A DNA stretch of 64,000 nt from Azolla caroliniana. Lineage: Eukaryota > Plantae > Polypodiophyta. The stretch covers positions 4,960,001 through 5,024,000 of the forward strand of contig JBHGNT010000013.1 in assembly GCA_043228905.1 (NCBI GenBank). The letters run 5' to 3'. Shown piece by piece: positions 1-12,800 of this stretch (position 1 is the first letter of the stretch; every line of letters starts with the position of its first letter). Made by a program: the position numbers and the translations under genes. A model generated the notes under the pieces. That model did no database searches. It worked only from the letters and a program-made list of their open reading frames with translations, and had not been told where the DNA came from.

Positions 1-93
1 GTAGCATGCGCTCGAACATCATCATCATGTTGCTAGCCTCCGGTTGATTTTCCATCTCCTTGCCACCCGTCTTCACGTCGGGTTCACCAACTG
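1..93 (-). mobile_element. Start of gag plus tRNA-Trp primer-binding site of a Gypsy family-A element that continues beyond the left edge
   Basis: Reverse complement matches 29325-29417 (MENQPEASNM...). PBS TGGTGAACCCGACGTGA lies at 73-89 (rc) and is complementary to the plant tRNA-Trp 3' end. Confidence 0.9.
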
Positions 94-792
94 TGTCGTA
101 CCTTTCGGCTCCGGATCGTTACGTGAGTCGGGTGGGAACCGCCGAGGTTTTTTGACTAGGAGGAAGAGGAATACAAATTAAGGCTAGTTATGAATAGTGG
201 AAAGAGAAGTAAGATAACAATCTCGTGAATCCCACGAGTTTTGTGTAATTAAAACAATATTTAGATTATAAGAGTAATTTTGATGGCAAAATTCGTGAAT
301 CCCACGAATATATTAGATTAATCAATCCTTGTATCTTAATCAACAACCTTATACATATTTCTCTCCTCCTTATATAAAGATGGAAGAGGCTAAGCATGGC
401 TTCATGCTTTTTCACCTAAAGTGTCCATGCACACTAAATGTGCATGTGATGCTTTGTCATTTCCTAAATATAGGGCTCATGCACGCTAGATGTGCATGAG
501 TCACTTTTAATGTAAATAAAATATTCACACTCTAAAGAATACATGATTTTTACCTTTTAATAGAGGTATGTGTAAATAAAGGTCTTATACGTATTAAATC
601 TATATGTATAACATTAAAGATAAGTTATTAAAATGGTAAAGTTGGGGTTTATCTACGTGGAGGTGCAGGGTTTGAATCTTGCCCTATGCACGTGATAAAT
701 TCTTTTGATATATTATTTATTTATTTATATGTATCTAAAATCGGATATATTATTTTATGGTTTTCACGTAGTGTGCGGAATACACTACGACA
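94..792 (-). repeat. 5' LTR (699 bp) of Gypsy family A
   Basis: Near-identical (rc) to the LTRs at 28649-29324 and 33804-34502. Termini TGTCGT...ACGACA; adjacent to the PBS. Confidence 0.95.
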
Positions 793-1046
793 CCATGACA
801 CATAGTTGCTCCCTTGTAGTATTTACACTTGGCACATGCATGCATACCTACATGCTCTATTGTAGATTCACATGCGTGCAACAAGTATGCATGCCATGTA
901 GTATAAATAGAGGAGTTCACCTTGAAGGAATTCAAGGTGAACAACACCAGTTATGGAGTCTTTTGGTTATCTTCTTCCTTGGCTATCTTCTTTCTTGTCC
1001 ATTTGGTTATCTTCTTCCTTGTCTCTTGAGTTTATGATCCGTGACA
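793..1046 (+). repeat. 3' part of the 5' LTR of a chromovirus-like Gypsy, interrupted by the family-A insertion
   Basis: TATA-like GTATAAATAG at 901; ends ...GTGACA about 50 bp before the gag ATG. No second LTR in the window to confirm. Confidence 0.5.
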
Positions 1047-1096
1047 GTTTGTTCACCTTCCCATCCTCATAGCTCTCCCTCTCATAAGCCATAGCT

Positions 1097-2113
1097 ATGT
1101 CCGACTCAACTAGTGAGTTAGGCCAAATAATGGTAGCCTTACGACAACTACAACTTGAAAATGAAGCTCTTCGAAATTCTTTACAAGAACTTCAAGTTGG
1201 TACCTCCCTATCCTCACAACCCCCGAACCCTAGTCTCCCACAACAACCTAGCCTAGAGCCCGATCTTCTACCAACATCTAGCCTAGCTTCGTCACAGTTT
1301 CTTGAGCCTAAGGTTAGCCTCCCAGAAAAATCTGATGGAACGAGGTCGCGTTTCCGAGGGTTCATCAACCAAGTTCGACTTATCATTCGGCTACAACCTC
1401 AATGTTATGGAGATGGTCTTCGACAAGTCGGCCTTGTGGGCACCCTTCTCTCCGGTCCGGCCCAAGCTTGGTTTGCACCATTGGTAGAAACGTCATCATC
1501 TTTATTGGAGGACTTTCCCGCCTTCCTCGCCGAGTTAGAGGCCACATTTGGAGAGATGGACCGACGACGTACAACTCTTAACAAGATTTATGCACTCGAA
1601 CAAGGTTCATGTGCAACTTCGGTCTATGCTTCCGAATTTCGACAACTAGCATGCGACGTCAATTGGGATGATCAAGCTTTAGCTGATCACTTTCGGCGCG
1701 GTCTTCGAAGCAATGTCAAGAATCTTCTCTTAAACTTTCCGGAGCCCACCTCGTTATCCCAAGCGATTTCACAAGCAGTCCATTGTGACAATCGTGTTTT
1801 CGAATTTCGCCAAGAAGAGCGCCGGACTTGGGTTCCACCTCATTCACTTCCACGCCACGCCCCGGTCATACAACCCCAAGCATCCTCACACTCGCCTACT
1901 TCGGCAGATGCTCCTGTCCCCATGGAAATTGATCAAGCCCGATTTCGGCCATTGACTGATGCTGAACGACAATTTCGGCGGGCTAATGGCTTGTGCATGT
2001 ATTGTGGCGCCTCCGGTCATGTCGTTCGCCATTGTCCTAGGAGTACTCGCCCACAATTCCATCGAGCTAATGGACCCCAACATCCGGAAAACGACATCGT
2101 TCGGTTGCAGTAG
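1097..2113 (+). CDS. gag: Ty3/Gypsy gag, chromovirus (Tcn1/PEG10-like) type
   Basis: PEKxDG..RGF capsid motif, YASEFRQLA, PVPMEID and CCHC knuckle CMYCGASGHVVRHC; open 338-aa frame. Confidence 0.9.
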   Translation: MSDSTSELGQIMVALRQLQLENEALRNSLQELQVGTSLSSQPPNPSLPQQPSLEPDLLPTSSLASSQFLEPKVSLPEKSDGTRSRFRGFINQVRLIIRLQPQCYGDGLRQVGLVGTLLSGPAQAWFAPLVETSSSLLEDFPAFLAELEATFGEMDRRRTTLNKIYALEQGSCATSVYASEFRQLACDVNWDDQALADHFRRGLRSNVKNLLLNFPEPTSLSQAISQAVHCDNRVFEFRQEERRTWVPPHSLPRHAPVIQPQASSHSPTSADAPVPMEIDQARFRPLTDAERQFRRANGLCMYCGASGHVVRHCPRSTRPQFHRANGPQHPENDIVRLQ

Positions 2114-2136
2114 GAGCCATGCAACTGGACATCTCC
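2086..2136 (+). promoter_or_regulatory. -1 programmed ribosomal frameshift signal
   Basis: Slippery G_GAA_AAC (2086-2092), 6-nt spacer, 11-bp stem GTTCGGTTGCA/TGCAACTGGAC; loop GGAG can pair with CTCC (2133-2136). The -1 frame runs open into the protease. Confidence 0.75.
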
Positions 2137-2878
2137 CGTCGCCCACATTCTCTTGGTTCCATTGCCGGACCATTAGGCAATTTCACATTGGAGGTATGGC
2201 TTTCGTTTAACTCTAGTTCCATTCAGTCTGTTGCTTTACTTGATTCTGGGGCATCTTCTTGCTTCATCGACGTCGCATTTGCCCAAGCACATGGCGTACC
2301 TGTCGTTGGCCTCTCAAAACCCATTCCAGTTGAAGCCATCGACGGGTGCGTCCTCTCGTCAGGTGCAATTACTCAAGTTACAATCCCATTAGGGCTTCGG
2401 GTGGGCTCACACCAAGAGGAGCTCACCTTTTACCTCATCGCATCTCCTCGACATCCGATCATCTTAGGACTAACGTGGTTGGAGGCGCACAATCCAATAG
2501 TGGATTGGTGCAACTGCTCGATCACATTTAGCAAGCCAAGATGCTCGTGCAAAAGTATGAAGGTAAATTCAGTTTCCTATCCTTCGGAGACGGTCGACTC
2601 CGAATTAACTACCCCATCATCCATCCAGGATGGGTTTGTTTGTGGCGCCATTTCTAACACACTCCATGTTATTCCCGAAAAATACCAACACTTCTCCGAC
2701 ATATTTAAAAATGTAATGCTGATCGGTTGCCTGAACACCGGCTCTACGATTGTCCGATTGATCTTCAAGAAGGTGCGTGTCCACCCTTTGGTCCTCTATA
2801 TGCGTTGTCTGCACCAGAGTTGAAGGCCCTTCGTATGTATCTCGATGAGAACCTCGAGAAGGGCTTTATTCAACCAAC
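2092..2878 (+). pseudogene. pol: Truncated pol (aspartic protease plus start of RT)
   Basis: ALLDSGASSCFID protease motif and IILGLTWL; after a frameshift, [12 protein letters not shown]...[10 protein letters not shown]. Breaks off at ~2878. Confidence 0.88.
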
Positions 2879-3009
2879 TCTTGACACTATGCAGATGATG
2901 CTAGCAAAATAATAAGGACCAATTACATACATAACTAGTACTAGATATCTTGGTTAACTCATAATACTAGATTATAACATGGTCATGTCAAGAGTTCGAA
3001 TCTTGACAC

Positions 3010-4388
3010 GAGGTGTGTAAACCGCACCTGCATCCCCTGGTCGACGATCTGTCCGACCGACACCAGGTTCTTCGTGATCGTCGGAACATGTAATACATTC
3101 ATCAGCTTCCCCCTCTGTCCGACGTGGCTCAAAGGGACTTCTCCGATGTGCACGATCGGGTGGGGAGTGTCGTCTCCGGTTTCGACAACTCTCGGTTGAT
3201 CCGGCTTCTCCAAAAAGGAGAACCACTCCCCGTGGCTCGTCATGTGGTTCGATGCGCTAGAGTCAACGTACCACACTTCCTCCGATTTGGAAGTGGTCTT
3301 CTTCATTGAGTTTGCCTTGTGCTTCATCACCAAGGCTGGCCCCTTACCGTTCTTGGATCCTCCCGATCCGTTTGCGTAGTGCGAGCTTTGCCGGCCTTCC
3401 TTACCGGTCTTGCCGGATCTGGATTTGTTTGAATCGGCACGCTTTCTCCAACACTCGCTTTCCATGTGGCCCTTTTTGCCACAATACTAGCATTCCGTAG
3501 TGGATTTGTCTTGCCGGCCTCCGGCACCACCTTGACTCCCTCTGCTTGTGGAAGTCTCGGAACTGCTGACGACACGCTCACTGTGCCTTCGTTCCTGCTC
3601 TTGCCGGCCGCCTGCATTGTGTGCCGACCTGCCTCGTCCACCACGCCCGTGGGACTGATCTGCTCCCGTGTCCAACATCCGGCTGTCTGGGGATGCACTG
3701 GTAGATGCATCGGCATGGTTCTCCTCTACCAGGAGCATCGACTGTAAGTCGAAAAATGAGGGCGTATTCTCCCTTGTACAAACCGCAGTCCGGAAAGCTC
3801 TGAACTTGGACGCCATGCCTCCAAGACAGACCTGCACCATCTCGTCTTCCTCTACGGTGGCGTTAATAGAGGCAAGCGAGTCACAGATCCCTTTGATCCG
3901 GTTTGTGTAATCTGCCACCGACATGTTCTTCTGTCAAACATTGCTCAACTCCTGTCTGAGTTGCAGCTTCCGGGCAGTGGTGCTTGCGGCGAAGACCTTT
4001 TTCAAGTTTCCCCAAGCATCCTTCGGTGTCTTGGCGTCACGGATATGGCTGAGCAGCTGGTCACCGACATTGGACGCGAAGCAGTACATCACCCTGCTTG
4101 CCGCCTGTTCCCACACTGGGAAGTCCTTGTGTGTCGTCTCTGGTGCTGAGTCGTTCACTCCGTCGACATAACTCCAGTAGCCATGCCGAAGCAGGTACTG
4201 GTGCATCTTGTATGACCAAGATGCGTAGTTGGTTCTGTCAAGCTTCTCCACAGGGAGTGACGTAGCCATACCTCTGTCCATTTCTCCTTTTGTGTCTGTT
4301 TTCCAATCTATTAGGGTTTCCTTCACAAGCGTAGATGTCTGCAGCAACGTTAGAAAGAACAATACACAAAGAGAGAGAGAGAGTACAC

Positions 4389-4422
<34 letters not shown>

Positions 4423-4746
4423 AAAACACTCTATTTTTCAAAATTATATGAATACTCTGTGCTCTGTATCTACAACGTGCTCATCAGCGCTATTTATACA
4501 AGTCCACACGGGACTGTTAAAAGTACGGTGTACTTCAATGCTCAGACGAGCATCTGACACTAACTATGAGACTATAATTGCCTAGTAGTCTAACCTATAC
4601 TAGGCTTCCTGGTTACGGATTGGATCCGGCATACTGGCTCCCCAGCTCACCGGTCCTTACTACTTATTGGCTCGGTTGCTCACCGGCATACCGATTCATC
4701 TCGCTTATTCAGCCGATCTGGCTCCGGTTGAGCTTGCCGCTCAACA
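3010..4746 (-). mobile_element. 3'-truncated Ty1/Copia element: 5' LTR remnant plus gag-protease pseudogene
   Basis: EKLDRTNYASWSYKMHQYL gag, WYVDSSASNHMT protease and NVLHVPTITKNLVSV. LTR start TGTTGAGCGGCAAGCTCAACC at 4746 (rc). Same group as the elements at 53357-64000. Confidence 0.88.
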
Positions 4747-6850
4747 AATACTCGAGTAGAGGGATTCTACGTCAAACGAAAAGATGAAGCTATTGGGTGG
4801 TGTCGTAAGGTTTTTTAGGGATTGTACTAAGGAAAATGAGTCTCTAAGGTATTGTTTTTGTTGTAGGAGTATGGGGAGGAGTTGGTGGTGTAGCCACTTA
4901 GAAGTTTGTTCAAATAACGAACTGTTGTAAGAACAGATAGGCCTATAGCCAGTGGGTTCTTTGTGTACTTTGGGTAGGAAGTACATGGTGGGGACTCAGT
5001 ATTCATTGGATGGTTTGTGTAAGATGAATTTTATTTCTATGAGGGAGAGGGTTCCTAGGTGTTGATTCATTAAGGTTTTTAATCTATGTAGGAGTTCTTC
5101 TAAGGGGAAGGTATCTACGGGTTTGTAAGTGGATGTATCAGATAAGTGAGCTAGGGATTTATCTAGGTATGTTTGTTTGTTTAAGACACAAACACCTACA
5201 TTTTTGTCTGCGAGGAGGATGATAATGTGTTTATTACTTTTAAGGCTTTTTAAGGCTTGTAGTAGGTGTAGTGGAATGTGTTTAGTGGGTAGGTTTGTAT
5301 TATGGAGTTTTATGGTGAGGAGATTAAGGTGTTTATGAAGTATGTCCTCTAACGGTGGGTATTGTGTAGGGGGGTTCCAAGAGGGGTTGGGTAATTTAAA
5401 GGGATTGTGTGGGGCGGAGGAGTCGTCATCTTGAAAGAAATGTCTAAGTCTGAGGGATCTACTAAGGTTATGGAATTCTTGAAGAATAGAAGTGGAAGTG
5501 GGGGGGGGGGGGGAGGAAGGTATAAACTTAAGACCTAGGTTAAGGAGTTTAATTTCTGACTTGCTAAGGGTATGTGTAGAAAGGTTGTGGATTTTACTAC
5601 TATGAGGGGGACTAAAGGGTGTTGTAAGGGGTTTCCAAAATTTATATCTAAGTTTCTTTTTACGTGTTTTTTTTGTATGTGGTCTAAAGGGGATTCTATG
5701 TGACATGTTACCTAGCCAATTAGAAGAGTCTAGGGGGGTGGAGTTACCATTAACAAAATACCACACACGTTTAGTTGGGTGTACGGCGTGTCTAAAACGT
5801 CGGTTTGATCTTTTAGCACGCCGTACTAAACGTTTTATGGCCGGTGGAGGTTGTGAGTGGTGGGAAGTGTGATGTGAGAAGAATACATAGGGGATTTAGG
5901 GTGACTAGTTGAGGGGTGGATACAACTTGTGGATGGTTTGGTAGAGGTGGTATAGGGAGGATGTTGGGTATGGGTTGATTGGGTGTAGTGGTTAGGGGTG
6001 TGGGGGTTAAGAGAGGTGTATGAGGGGTTGGGGAAGGCTAAGGGTATTTGGGAAAATAGGGGAGGGTTTATGTTGTGATTGTGGGTAGTTTCTTTATACC
6101 AAGGGGGGCTTAGTGTGTGTGGATAGTTGTGAGAGGGGGTTAGGAAAGGTATTTCTAGAATTACTAGGGGGAGTATAAAAAGAAAACGAAAGAGAAGGAG
6201 AGTTAGGGGTAGGGTGAGCGTTAGGATTTACACAGTGGGTATGGGTAGGAGGGTAAGGATGAGTATTGTTTTGGGGTTGAAGATCTTCGGGGGAGGGATA
6301 CAAGGGGGGAGCGATGAAGCTGAATGGGGTGTGTTGGGGCTGATGGTGAATCTGATGGCAGGTATCTCGCGAATGGTGGAGTGGTGTGTCCTCTTCAAGT
6401 GGTAGTTGGAGGTGATAATTGGTGGTGGTTATGTTATTAATCGCCGTCTCGTATGTTGTCCGAGAGGGAGCTTGATGTTGGAGAGGTTGAGGAAACGGCG
6501 GGGGTTGAGGCTTTGGCAGAAGAGGCTGTTGTAATTTGTAGGGCTGGTCGCATGGTGGCAGTGGCGGTGGCGGCTGCGGCTGAAGATCATTGTTGGGTTG
6601 GCGTTGATTTATATATTGATGTCGATGCTGATATGAGTGCATTTGTTGTTCTCTTTCCGTCATATATCTCCAAGGCTCGTGGTGTTGCGGCTGTGGAGGC
6701 GGAGGCAGAAGCGGCGGTGGCTAAAAACCATTGTTAGGTTGGCCTCGATTTTGATGCCGATAAAGGTATACTTGTTGTTTGTTTTTAGGAGGAAATGGAG
6801 AGAAGCTATGGATAGTGATTGTTTTGGGCTGAAATGGGGCGGAAGGTATA
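4747..6850 (-). mobile_element. Penelope-like element (PLE) fragment: Pro/Gln/His-rich N-terminus plus N-terminal half of RT
   Basis: IHNLS..LS.SE..LLNLGLKFIP, IIILLADKN, HLSDTSTY, YFLPKVHK...RPICS and FSFDVESLYSSI are PLE-type RT motifs. In-frame TGA at 4996; cut by the Copia LTR before the catalytic DD motif. Confidence 0.85.
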
Positions 6851-9800
6851 TGGCCCTTAGGGGCGGAAACCTAATCTAGCCATGCAAGATGGGATTAATG
6901 CAATGCACGATATCTGAAATTCCTCTCCAATCATATAACAAATTGTGAACACATATCGATGAATTTAAAGGAGAGTCGAGACACTTGTGACAGTTTCTAG
7001 AGAAAAATCATGTTTTGGAATATTTCAAGTTCGGATTGTGGAACATTTGTGTGGCCCCTAACGTCGGAAACCTAATCTAGCCAACCTGGATGGGATCAAT
7101 CCAATGGAGGATATCTGCAAGTCAACATCAGATGTAAGACGATTTAAAAGGAGCATCTGTTTTTTACCACATTTAGACGATGTCTAGAAGAGGAGAAGGA
7201 TAAAGAAGTTAGGTCGGATAGATGTTGGAAATTCGTGTCAGATCATATCACAGATTTTGAAGGCATATTGATGAATGTAGAGGAGAGTCGAGACGCATCT
7301 GAAAATTTATGGAGAGAAATCATGTTTTAGAAGTTCTAAAGTTCGGATTTTGGGACATTTATGTGGCCCCTAGGGGTGGAAACGTAATTTAGCCAAGGAA
7401 GATGGGATTAATGCAATGGAGGATATCTGTAAGTCAACATTGGAAGTAAGAAATTTTTTAGGTGCATGTGTTTTTTGCCACATTTGGAGGATGTCTAGAA
7501 GAGCAGAAGGATGAAGAAGTTGGGTCGGATTGATGTCTGAAATTCCTCTCAAATCATAAAGCAAATTGTGAAGACATATTGATAAATTTAGAGGAGAGTC
7601 GAGACACATCTGACAATTTTTAGAGAAAAATGATGTTTTGGAATATTTCTAGTTCGGATTGTGGGACATTTGTGTGGCCCCTAGGGTCGGAAACCTAATC
7701 TAGCCAACCTGGATGGGATCAATAAAATGGAGGGTATCTGCAAGTTGACATTAGATGTAAGACGATTTTAAGGAGCATGTGTTTTTTACCACATTTAGAG
7801 GATGTCTAGAAAAGGAGAAGGATGAAGATGTTGGGTCGCATGGATGTTGGAAATTAGTGTCATATTATATCATAGATTTTGAAGGCATATTGATGATTGT
7901 ATAGGAGAGTGGAGACACATCTGAAAATTTCTGGAGAGAAATGGTGTTTTAGAATATCTAAAGTTCGGATTATGGGATATTTATGTGGGATATCTGCAAG
8001 TCGGAATTGGAAGTAAGACAATTTTTAGGTGCATGTGTTTTTTACCACATTTGGAAGATGTCTAGAAGAGGAGAAGGATGAAGAAGTTGGGTCAGATGGA
8101 TGTCTGAAATTCCTCTGCAATCATATAGCAAATTATGAAGTTATATTGATGAATTTAGAGGAGAGTCGAGACACTTGTGACAATTTCTAGAGAAAAACCA
8201 TGTTCTCGAATATTTAGAGGATGTCTAGAAGAGGAGAAGGATGAAGAAGTTGGGTTGGATGGATGTTGGATATTCGTATCAGATCATATCATAGATTTTG
8301 AAGGCATATTGATGAATGTACAGGAGAGTTGAGACACATCTGAAAATTTCTGGAGAGAAATCATGTTTTAGAAGATCTAATGTTCGGATGTGGGACATTT
8401 ATGTGGCCCCTAGGGGCGGACACATAATCTAGGCAAGGAAGCTGGGATTAATGCAATTGAGGATATCTACAAGTCGACATTGGAAGTAAGATAATTTTTA
8501 GGTGCATGTGTTTTTTACCACATTTGCAGGATGTCTAGAAGAGCAGAAGGATGAAGAAGTTGGGTCGGATGGATGTCTGAAATTCCTCTCCAATCATATA
8601 GCAAATTGTGAAGACATATTGATGAATTTAGAGGAGAGTCGAGACACTTGTGACAATTTCTAGAGAAAAATCATCTTTTGGAATATTTCAAGTTCAGATT
8701 GTGGGACATTTGTGTGGCCCGTAACGTCGGAAACCTAATCTAGCCAACCTGGATGGAAACAATCCCATGGAGGACATCTGCAACTTGACATCAAATGTAA
8801 GAAGATTTTAAGGAGCATCTATTTTTTACCACATTTAGAGGATGTCTAGAAGAGGAGATGGATGAAGAAGTTGGGTCGAATGGATGTTGGAAATTCCTCT
8901 CAGATCATATCAGAGATTTTGAAGGCATATTGAGGAATGTAGAGGAGAGTCGAGACACATCTGAATTTTTTTGGAGAGAAATCATGTTTTAGAAGATCTA
9001 AAGTTCAAATTGTGGGACATTTATGTGGCCCCTAGGGGCGGACACATAATCTAGGCAAGGAAGATGCGCTTAATGCAATGGAGGATATCTACAATTCGAT
9101 AGTGGAAGTAAGACAATTGTTAGGTGCATGTGTTGTTAACCACATTTAGAGGATGTCTAGAAGAGGAGAGGGATGAGAAAGCTGGGTCAGATGGATGTGT
9201 GTAATTCCTCTCCAATCATATAGCAAATTGTGAAGACATATTCATGAATTTAGAGGAGAGTCAAGACACATCTGACAATTTTTAGAGAAAAATCATGTTT
9301 TGGAATATCTCAATTTCGGGTTGTGGGACATTTATGTGGCCCCTAGGGGCGGAAACCTAATCTAGCCAAGGAAGATGGGATTAATGCAATGGAGGATATC
9401 TGCAAGTCAACATTGGAAGTAAGAAAATTTTTAGGTGCATGTGTTTTTTACCACATTTGGAGGATGTCTAGAAGAGGAGAAGGATGAAGATGTTGGGTCG
9501 CATGGATGTTGGAAATTCGTGTAAGATTATATCACAGATTTTGAAGGGATATTGATGAATGTAGAGGAGAGTCGAGACACATATGAAAATTTCTGGAGAG
9601 AAATCATGTTTTAGAAGATCTAAAGTTCGGATTGTGGGACATTTATTTGGCCCCTATGGGCGGAAACCTAATCTAGCCAAGGAAGATGGGATTAATGCAA
9701 TGGTTGATATCTACAAGTCGACATTAGAAGTAAGACAATTTTTTAGGTGCATGTGTTTTTTACCACATTTGGAGGATGTCTAGAAGAGGAGAAGGATGAA

Positions 9801-12800
9801 GAAGTTGGGTCGGATGGATGTTGGAAATTCGTGTCACATCATATCACAGATTTTGAAGGGATACTAAGGAATGTAGACGAGAGTCGAGACACATCTGAAA
9901 ATTTCTGAAAAGAACTCATGTTTTAGATGATCTAAAGTTCAGATTGTGGGACATTTATGAGGCCCCTAGGGGCGAACACATAATCTAGGCAAGGAAGATG
10001 GGATTAATGCAATGGAGGATATCTACAAGTCGACATTGGAAGTAAGACAATTTTTAGGTGCATGTGTTTTTTACCACATTTGGAGGATGTCTAGAAGAGG
10101 AGAAGGATGACGAAGTTCGGTCGGATGGAAGTATGAAATTCCCCTCCAATCATATAGCAAAATTGTGATTACATAATGATGAATTTAGAGGACAGTCGAG
10201 ACACATTTGAAAATTTCTGGTGAGAAATGATGTTTTAGAATATCTAAAGTTCGGATTGTGGGGTATTTATGTGGCCCCTAGGTGCGGAAACCTAATCAAG
10301 GCAAGGAAGATGGGATTAATGCAATGGAGGATATCTGCTAGTTGACATTGGAAGTAAGACAATTTTTAGGTGCATGTGTTTTTTACCACATGTGGAGGAT
10401 GCCTAGAAAAGGAGAAGGATGAAGAAGTTGGGTCTGATGGAGGTGTGAAATTCGTCTCCAATCATATAGCAAATTGTGAAGACATATTGATGAATTTCGA
10501 GGCGAATTGAGACACATCTGACAATTTCTAGAGAAAAATCATGTTTCGGAATATTTGAAGTTCGGATTGTGGGACATTTGTGTGGCCCCTAACGTCGGAA
10601 ACCTAGTCTAGCAAACCTGGATGGGATCAATGCAATGGAGGATATCTGCAAGTCGACATTAGATGTTAAGACGATTTTAAGGAGCATGTGTTGTTTACCA
10701 CATTCAGAGGAAGTGTAGAAGAGGTGAAGGTTGAAGAAGTTGCGTCGAATGGATGTTCGAAATTCGTGTCAGATCATATCATAGATTTTGAAGGTATATT
10801 GATGAATGTAGAGGAGAGTTGAGACAGATCTGAAAATTTGTGGAGAGAAATCTTGTTTTAGATGATCTAAAGTTTGGATTGTGGGACATTTATGTCGCCC
10901 CTAGGGGCCGAAACCTAATCTAGGCAAGGAAGATGGGATTAATGCAATGGAGGATATTTGCAAGTCGACCATTGAAGTAAGATAATTTTTAAGTGCATGT
11001 GTTTTTTACCACATTTGGAGGATGTCTAGAAGAAGAGAAGTATGAAGATGTTGGGTCGCATGGATGTGTGAAATTCCTCTTCAATCATATAGCAAATTGT
11101 GAAGACATATTGATGAATTTAGAGGAGAGTCGAGACACATCTGACAATTTCTTGAGGAAAATCATGTTTTGGAATATTTCGTGTTCGGATTGTGGGACAT
11201 TTGTGTGGCCCCTAGGGTCGGAAACCTAATCTAACCAACCGGGTTGGGATCAATGCAATGGAGGATATCTGCAACTCGACATTATATGTTAAGACGATTT
11301 TAAGGAGCATGTTTTTTTACCATATTTAGAGAAAGTGTAGAAGAGGTGAAGGATGAAGAAGTTGCGTCAGATGGATGTTCGAAATTCGTGTCAGATAATA
11401 TCATAGATTTTGAAGGTATATTGATGAATGTAGAGGAGAGTCGAGACACATATGAAAATTTCTGGAGAGAAATCATGTTTTAGAAGATCTAAAGTTCGGA
11501 TTGTGGGACATTTATGTGGCCCCTAGGTGCGGAAACCAAATCTAGGCAAGGAAGATGGGATTAATGCAATGGAGGATATTTGCAAGTCGACATTGGAAGT
11601 AAGACAATTTTCAGGTGCATGTGTTTTTTACCACATTTGGAGGACGTCTAGAAGACGAGAAGTATGAAGAAGTTCGGTCGGATGGATGTGTGAAATTCCT
11701 CTACAATCGTAGAGCAAATTGTGAAGATATATTGATGAATTTAGAGGAGAGTCTGGACACATCTAACAATTTCTTGAGAAAAATCATGTTTTGGAATATT
11801 TGAAGTTCGGATTGTGGGACATTTGTGTGGCCCCTAGAGTCGGACACCTAATCTAGCCAACCTGGATAGGATCAATGCAATGGAGGATATCTACAAGTAG
11901 ACATTAGATGAAAGACGATTTTAAGGGGCATGTGTTTTTTACCCCATTTAGAGGATGTCTAGAAGAGGAGAAGGATGAAGAAGTTGGGTCGGATGGATGT
12001 TGGAAATTCGTGTTAGATCATAGTTCGGATTGTGGGACATTTCTGTGGCCCCTAGGGGAGGAAACCTAATCCAGCCAAGGAAAATGGGATTAATGCAATG
12101 GAGGATATCTGCAAGTCGACAGTGGAAGTAAGAAAATTTTTAGGTGCATGTGTTTTTTACCACATTTGGAGGATGTCTAGAAGAGGAGAAGGATGAAGAT
12201 GTTGGGTCGCATGGATGTTGGAAATTCGTGTCAGATTATATCACAGATTTTGAAGGGATATTGATGAATATAGAGGAGAGTCGAGACACATCTGAAAATT
12301 TCTGGAGAGAAATTATGTTTTAGAAGATCTAAAGTTCGGATTGTGGGACATTTATTTGGCCCCTATAGGTGGAAATCTAATCTAGCCAAGGAATATGGGA
12401 TTAATGCAATGGTGGATATCTGCAAGTTGACATTGGAAATAAGACAATTTTTAGGTGCATGTGGTTTTTACCACATTTGGAGGATGTCTAGAAGAGGAGA
12501 AGGATGAAGAAGTTGGGTCGGATGGATGTTTGAAATTCCTCTCCAATAATATAGCAAATTGTGAAGACATATTGATGAATTTAGAGGAGAGTCGAGACAC
12601 TTGTGACAATTTCTAGAGAAAAATCATGTTTTGGAATATTTCAAGTTCGGATTATGGGACATTTGTGTGGCCCCTAGTGTCGGAAACCTTATCTAGCCGA
12701 CCTGGATAGGATCAATGCAATGGAGGATATCTGCAAGTCGACATAAGATGTAAGACGATTTTAAGGAGCATGTGTTTTTTAACATATTTAGAGGAGGTCT

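Noticed and set aside
620-692. Bona fide tRNA gene in the LTR
   Set aside because: No convincing acceptor or anticodon stem, and the B-box is degenerate. Kept only as a tRNA-like module.
4996-4998. In-frame TGA in the PLE RT as selenocysteine or programmed readthrough
   Set aside because: The position fits an Arg codon (CGA>TGA deamination), similar decay is pervasive, and land plants lack Sec machinery.
4747-6850. Telomeric repeat array or hammerhead ribozyme associated with the PLE
   Set aside because: Only isolated TTTAGGG occurrences, and no CTGANGA...GAAA core with stems was found by eye.
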